A stretch of 54,576 nt of DNA from the NCBI GenBank assembly GCA_964555185.1, contig CAZKRD010000005.1, positions 1-54,576 of the forward strand, given 5' to 3'. Position 1 is the first letter of the stretch; the number at the start of each line of letters is the position of its first letter. The position numbers were made by a program, and so were the translations under genes. Under the pieces are notes generated by a model, which saw nothing but the letters and a program-made list of their open reading frames with translations, did not search any database and had not been told where the DNA came from. Shown here piece after piece: positions 51,535 through 54,576 of this stretch. The stretch is from an uncultured Candidatus Saccharibacteria bacterium (GTDB lineage: Bacteria > Patescibacteriota > JAQUNI01).

Positions 51535-54500
51535 ATGCAGGGTCAGAAAAAAACAAAAACAAAGTATATTTCATTGAGTGATGCCACCCAATACTGCGAA
51601 TACTCACAGGAGTATTTGAGTTTGCTCGCCCGTCGCGGCGTTCTGCCTGCTGTAAAGCTCGGCCGCAACTGGTTCACAACCAGAAAAGATGTTTTGACTT
51701 ACGTGAATAAAATAGCGATTAAAAGAGGGGAAGATTTGGTCCCAATCCCAGAAGAGGCTGAAGATGTGCCGGTTAAAGTTTTTAAAGTTTTTAATGTTTT
51801 CGAGAGATCAGAATCAGAGAAAGACAAGCAAGAAGAGGTGCCTGCTAAAGAATCTCTTCATTGGTTGCCTGCTCCTCTGCGTCCGGTTTTAGTCAATACT
51901 TTGGCCTTGGCCGTGATTCTGATTAACATCTTTTTGGTTACGGACGGTGTTTTAGCAAAAAAGGGAAGTGTCAGGGACAAAATCAGGGAAGCGGTGGTTA
52001 TTAGCGCAAAGAAAACAGTGAGCATTGGTCAGGAAATCAATATAGTTACTTCAAAAAAGGCTGGTCAAGCAGGAAAGATTTTAATTTACGGCAGTCGGGA
52101 ATTAAATAACAAGGTTTCAGTGGTGGTGATTACAGGAGGCAGAGAGGGATTTTTAGAAACAGTGGAGAGAGTCAGAAAGATACCGCAGAAGATAAGCACT
52201 TTTTCTGAAGAAGTTTCTGATCAGGCGATTAGTTTCGTAAAGAAGGGGGAAATTGAGGAAAAAACAGCTGATCTTCCTCCAGGTCAAGAAAAAACCCCTG
52301 ATCTCGAAGGAGTGGATCAGGGTGCCCAAGAGAAAGACAAAGAAGCAGAGGAGATTACGGACTTGTCCCAAAGACTAAATGAAATTAAGGATGATTTGCG
52401 GGAAATCGGTGAAGGAATCCCAGGTTTTGACTCATCAGAAGATAGAGATGAGTTTATTGTCGAGACAGCAGAGGATGTTTTCCCTGTTGAAGAGTCTGCT
52501 TCCGAGAGCGCCGTCAGGATCTGGCAGAAAGTATTAGACATACCGCAGATAACAAGCCGGAAATTAAAAGAAATTGCTCTAGGAATCATTGATTCTCCTG
52601 GTGTAATTATTGAAAAGTCCACAGAGATTTCCGTTAAAACCCAAAAAGAGATTTTTTCTTGGCCGGGCGGCCTGGTTAGTCTTGGTAGAAGCAACTGGCA
52701 GAAACTCATCTCGGCCAAGAACCAGATTGCCGGTCTGCCCTCCGATTTCCAAAAAGGGCGTGACAATCTCTATGAACAAGCCAATAATAAGACCGAAGAG
52801 GTGGTCAAGGGCGCTTCCACAACCTTAGAGGATACGCAAGAGAAAGGCAAAGAGCTTGTTGAGAGGACAAAACAGGCTGCTAGCGAAAAGGAAGAGTCCC
52901 TCAACAATACTTTCGGTCTAGCTTGGCGCAAAACCTCCTCGTTTTTAAATAAAGGGGTAGAAACCGTAGTCGAAATCAGCGGTTCTAATGCCGAGAGTTT
53001 ACTTGGTTTTTTCCAGGCTTCCGGAGAAAAAACCTTGAGTTTAGGCCAAAAAGTCAAAAAAGACTATAACGAGACGATTGAAGGCCTTTCTAATCTTTAT
53101 TTAGTCTATGACCACGGCGCGGCCCCAGACAGCCATTCAGTCTGGGGCCGCGTCCCGGGTCGAGCAAAGGGTGATTTAATGGTTAGGGAGAAGGAGACAC
53201 AAGGAGAAGAAACCCCTGTTGAGATTACTGACCATGGAGATTTGCCTCCGCCCTCAACTCCTCCCGCAGAAAGCCCGGATCTGCCTAAAATAACCTTAGA
53301 ATATGTTACCTTAAACGGCGCAAGCACGTCGCAAGTCTTAAGCTTACAAAACGGCGTGTTTTTTAATACCGGTATCCAAGTGGGCGAGCTAGCCGAATTT
53401 AAGAGAAGCGTTGATATCAGAGAACGCTTAACCGTGGGCACGTTCGCTGCTTTTAAAGGCGATGTTTTGATGTATAAATCCTTGACCACTTATGGCAAAA
53501 CCGAGCTTCAAGACGATTTAACCGTAGGAGACGAGGATTTCCATGTAGACACCACTGCCGGCAATGTCGGGATTGGCACCCTTTACCCCCAGGAGAAGCT
53601 GGATGTGGCAGGTAATGTCAAAGTCGGCAAGAACCTTTTAGTGGTAGATGAGGCCCACCTTTTCGATAATTTGTTAGTTGACGGTTATTCCGAATTCATT
53701 GGTATTTTAAACGCTAATGGCGGGATTGAAGTAGATGGCGATAGATTTGTTGTTGACGGTAAGACCGGCAGTGTGGAAACCGCCGGCAGTCTAACTGTGG
53801 AAGACCAAACTTGGCTTAACAGTAATGTTGCATTAGGTGATGCTATAGGAGATACATTAACCGTTAATGCCCGGGTTGGTTCTGATTTGATTCCTAAAAC
53901 CACCACTACTTATAATTTGGGCTCTTCTAGTCTTTATTGGAACAGACTTTATGCGAATAATGTTTATACCGCCGGCAATGTCGGGATCGGCACGGAAACT
54001 CCGGGAGCAGAGTTGGAGGTCGCGGGTCAAGTGAAGATTACAGGCGGCTCCCCCGGTCTCAATAGGATTTTGCGTTCAGATGCCGATGGTTTGGCTACCT
54101 GGGTAACGCTCGGCGCCGCTTCCGTAACTCCTGATTCTTTAGATTACACTGAATTTGAGGATGCAATGGACCTGGATGCCTCCACCACCGTGACTTTTAG
54201 CGACTATGATTATATTTTTAATTTAGACTCTACTGGTGATTTTCGCGTCCAGGATAATGGCGCTGATGTGTTTATTATTGATGATACCGCTAACGTCGGC
54301 ATCGGGACCACAGGCCCAGACCAAAGCTTAGATGTTTTGAATGCAGGAACCCAGCTTAGACTCTCCTATGTTGACAGTAACGCTGTTACTGACTTTGCCA
54401 CTGGTCAAACAGGAGATTTAACTATTGATCCTTCAGGAGGCAATGTCCTTTTAGCCAATGGCGATACTTTAATCATTGGCGGAGCATTGGCCCAAGCCTA

Positions 54501-54576
54501 CAACGTAATCGGAGACACGACCACAAACATGGGCCACAGCCTCGCATCTGATGACGACCTCTACATTGAAGGAGAC
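51535..54576 (+). CDS. Large HTH / single-TM / tail-fibre-like repeat protein, 3'-partial, not in ORF track
   Basis: I read 1014 sense codons from ATG 51535 to the window end with no stop. N-terminal excisionase/MerR-type HTH YISLSDATQYCEYSQEYLSLLARRGVLPAVKLGRNWFTTRKDVLTYV (51565-51705). TM at 51883-51939. Three (A)GNVGIGT...L(D/E)V.G repeats at 53557, 53971 and 54289. Confidence 0.8.
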   Translation, partial: MQGQKKTKTKYISLSDATQYCEYSQEYLSLLARRGVLPAVKLGRNWFTTRKDVLTYVNKIAIKRGEDLVPIPEEAEDVPVKVFKVFNVFERSESEKDKQEEVPAKESLHWLPAPLRPVLVNTLALAVILINIFLVTDGVLAKKGSVRDKIREAVVISAKKTVSIGQEINIVTSKKAGQAGKILIYGSRELNNKVSVVVITGGREGFLETVERVRKIPQKISTFSEEVSDQAISFVKKGEIEEKTADLPPGQEKTPDLEGVDQGAQEKDKEAEEITDLSQRLNEIKDDLREIGEGIPGFDSSEDRDEFIVETAEDVFPVEESASESAVRIWQKVLDIPQITSRKLKEIALGIIDSPGVIIEKSTEISVKTQKEIFSWPGGLVSLGRSNWQKLISAKNQIAGLPSDFQKGRDNLYEQANNKTEEVVKGASTTLEDTQEKGKELVERTKQAASEKEESLNNTFGLAWRKTSSFLNKGVETVVEISGSNAESLLGFFQASGEKTLSLGQKVKKDYNETIEGLSNLYLVYDHGAAPDSHSVWGRVPGRAKGDLMVREKETQGEETPVEITDHGDLPPPSTPPAESPDLPKITLEYVTLNGASTSQVLSLQNGVFFNTGIQVGELAEFKRSVDIRERLTVGTFAAFKGDVLMYKSLTTYGKTELQDDLTVGDEDFHVDTTAGNVGIGTLYPQEKLDVAGNVKVGKNLLVVDEAHLFDNLLVDGYSEFIGILNANGGIEVDGDRFVVDGKTGSVETAGSLTVEDQTWLNSNVALGDAIGDTLTVNARVGSDLIPKTTTTYNLGSSSLYWNRLYANNVYTAGNVGIGTETPGAELEVAGQVKITGGSPGLNRILRSDADGLATWVTLGAASVTPDSLDYTEFEDAMDLDASTTVTFSDYDYIFNLDSTGDFRVQDNGADVFIIDDTANVGIGTTGPDQSLDVLNAGTQLRLSYVDSNAVTDFATGQTGDLTIDPSGGNVLLANGDTLIIGGALAQAYNVIGDTTTNMGHSLASDDDLYIEGD

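Noticed and set aside
52153-53906. Six listed minus-strand ORFs and one + strand ORF (52610-52828)
   Set aside because: All lie inside the uninterrupted 1014-codon + strand frame starting at 51535. They are out-of-frame or antisense shadows.
1-54576. Alternative genetic code (UGA recoding as in some candidate phyla)
   Set aside because: Conserved genes (argS, truB, rpe, lgt, rplT, smpB) are full-length and end at sensible positions with standard stops, including TGA.

Overview
This is a 54.6-kb AT-rich bacterial window that looks like a reduced, surface-protein-rich genome of the Patescibacteria/CPR type. That assignment is inferred from gene content and repeat style and has not been tested. 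I count about 55 mostly short, tightly packed protein genes with standard stop-codon usage.

Content:
(i) Envelope and surface genes: four GT4 glycosyltransferases, four beta-propeller surface proteins, lipoproteins, a GspG-type pseudopilin, a zinc-ribbon/vWA membrane pair, DUF2207 and LemA, Lgt, and a DsbA-like protein.
(ii) A run of five small hydrolase-type genes: HD, HAD-like, CYTH, a short dihydroorotase-like gene, and MBL.
(iii) A minus-strand housekeeping block smpB-ssrA(tmRNA)-infC-rpmI-rplT with divergent argS, plus truB and rpe elsewhere.
(iv) An open-ended ORF of at least 1014 codons at the 3' edge (51535-54576) that is absent from the supplied ORF track.

I saw no rRNA, tRNA, CRISPR array, transposase, integrase or recognisable defence system.

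The most unusual layer is non-genic. Several families of short repeats populate the spacers: GC-rich hairpin islands and AT-rich CCAAT/CAAAG blocks. Two GC-rich elements sit in frame inside conserved genes (truB and a GT4). One inverted pair of AT-rich repeats brackets a four-helix-bundle gene wedged between DUF2207 and LemA.

All family assignments come from motif recognition by eye. No search or computation was run, and start codons are often uncertain.
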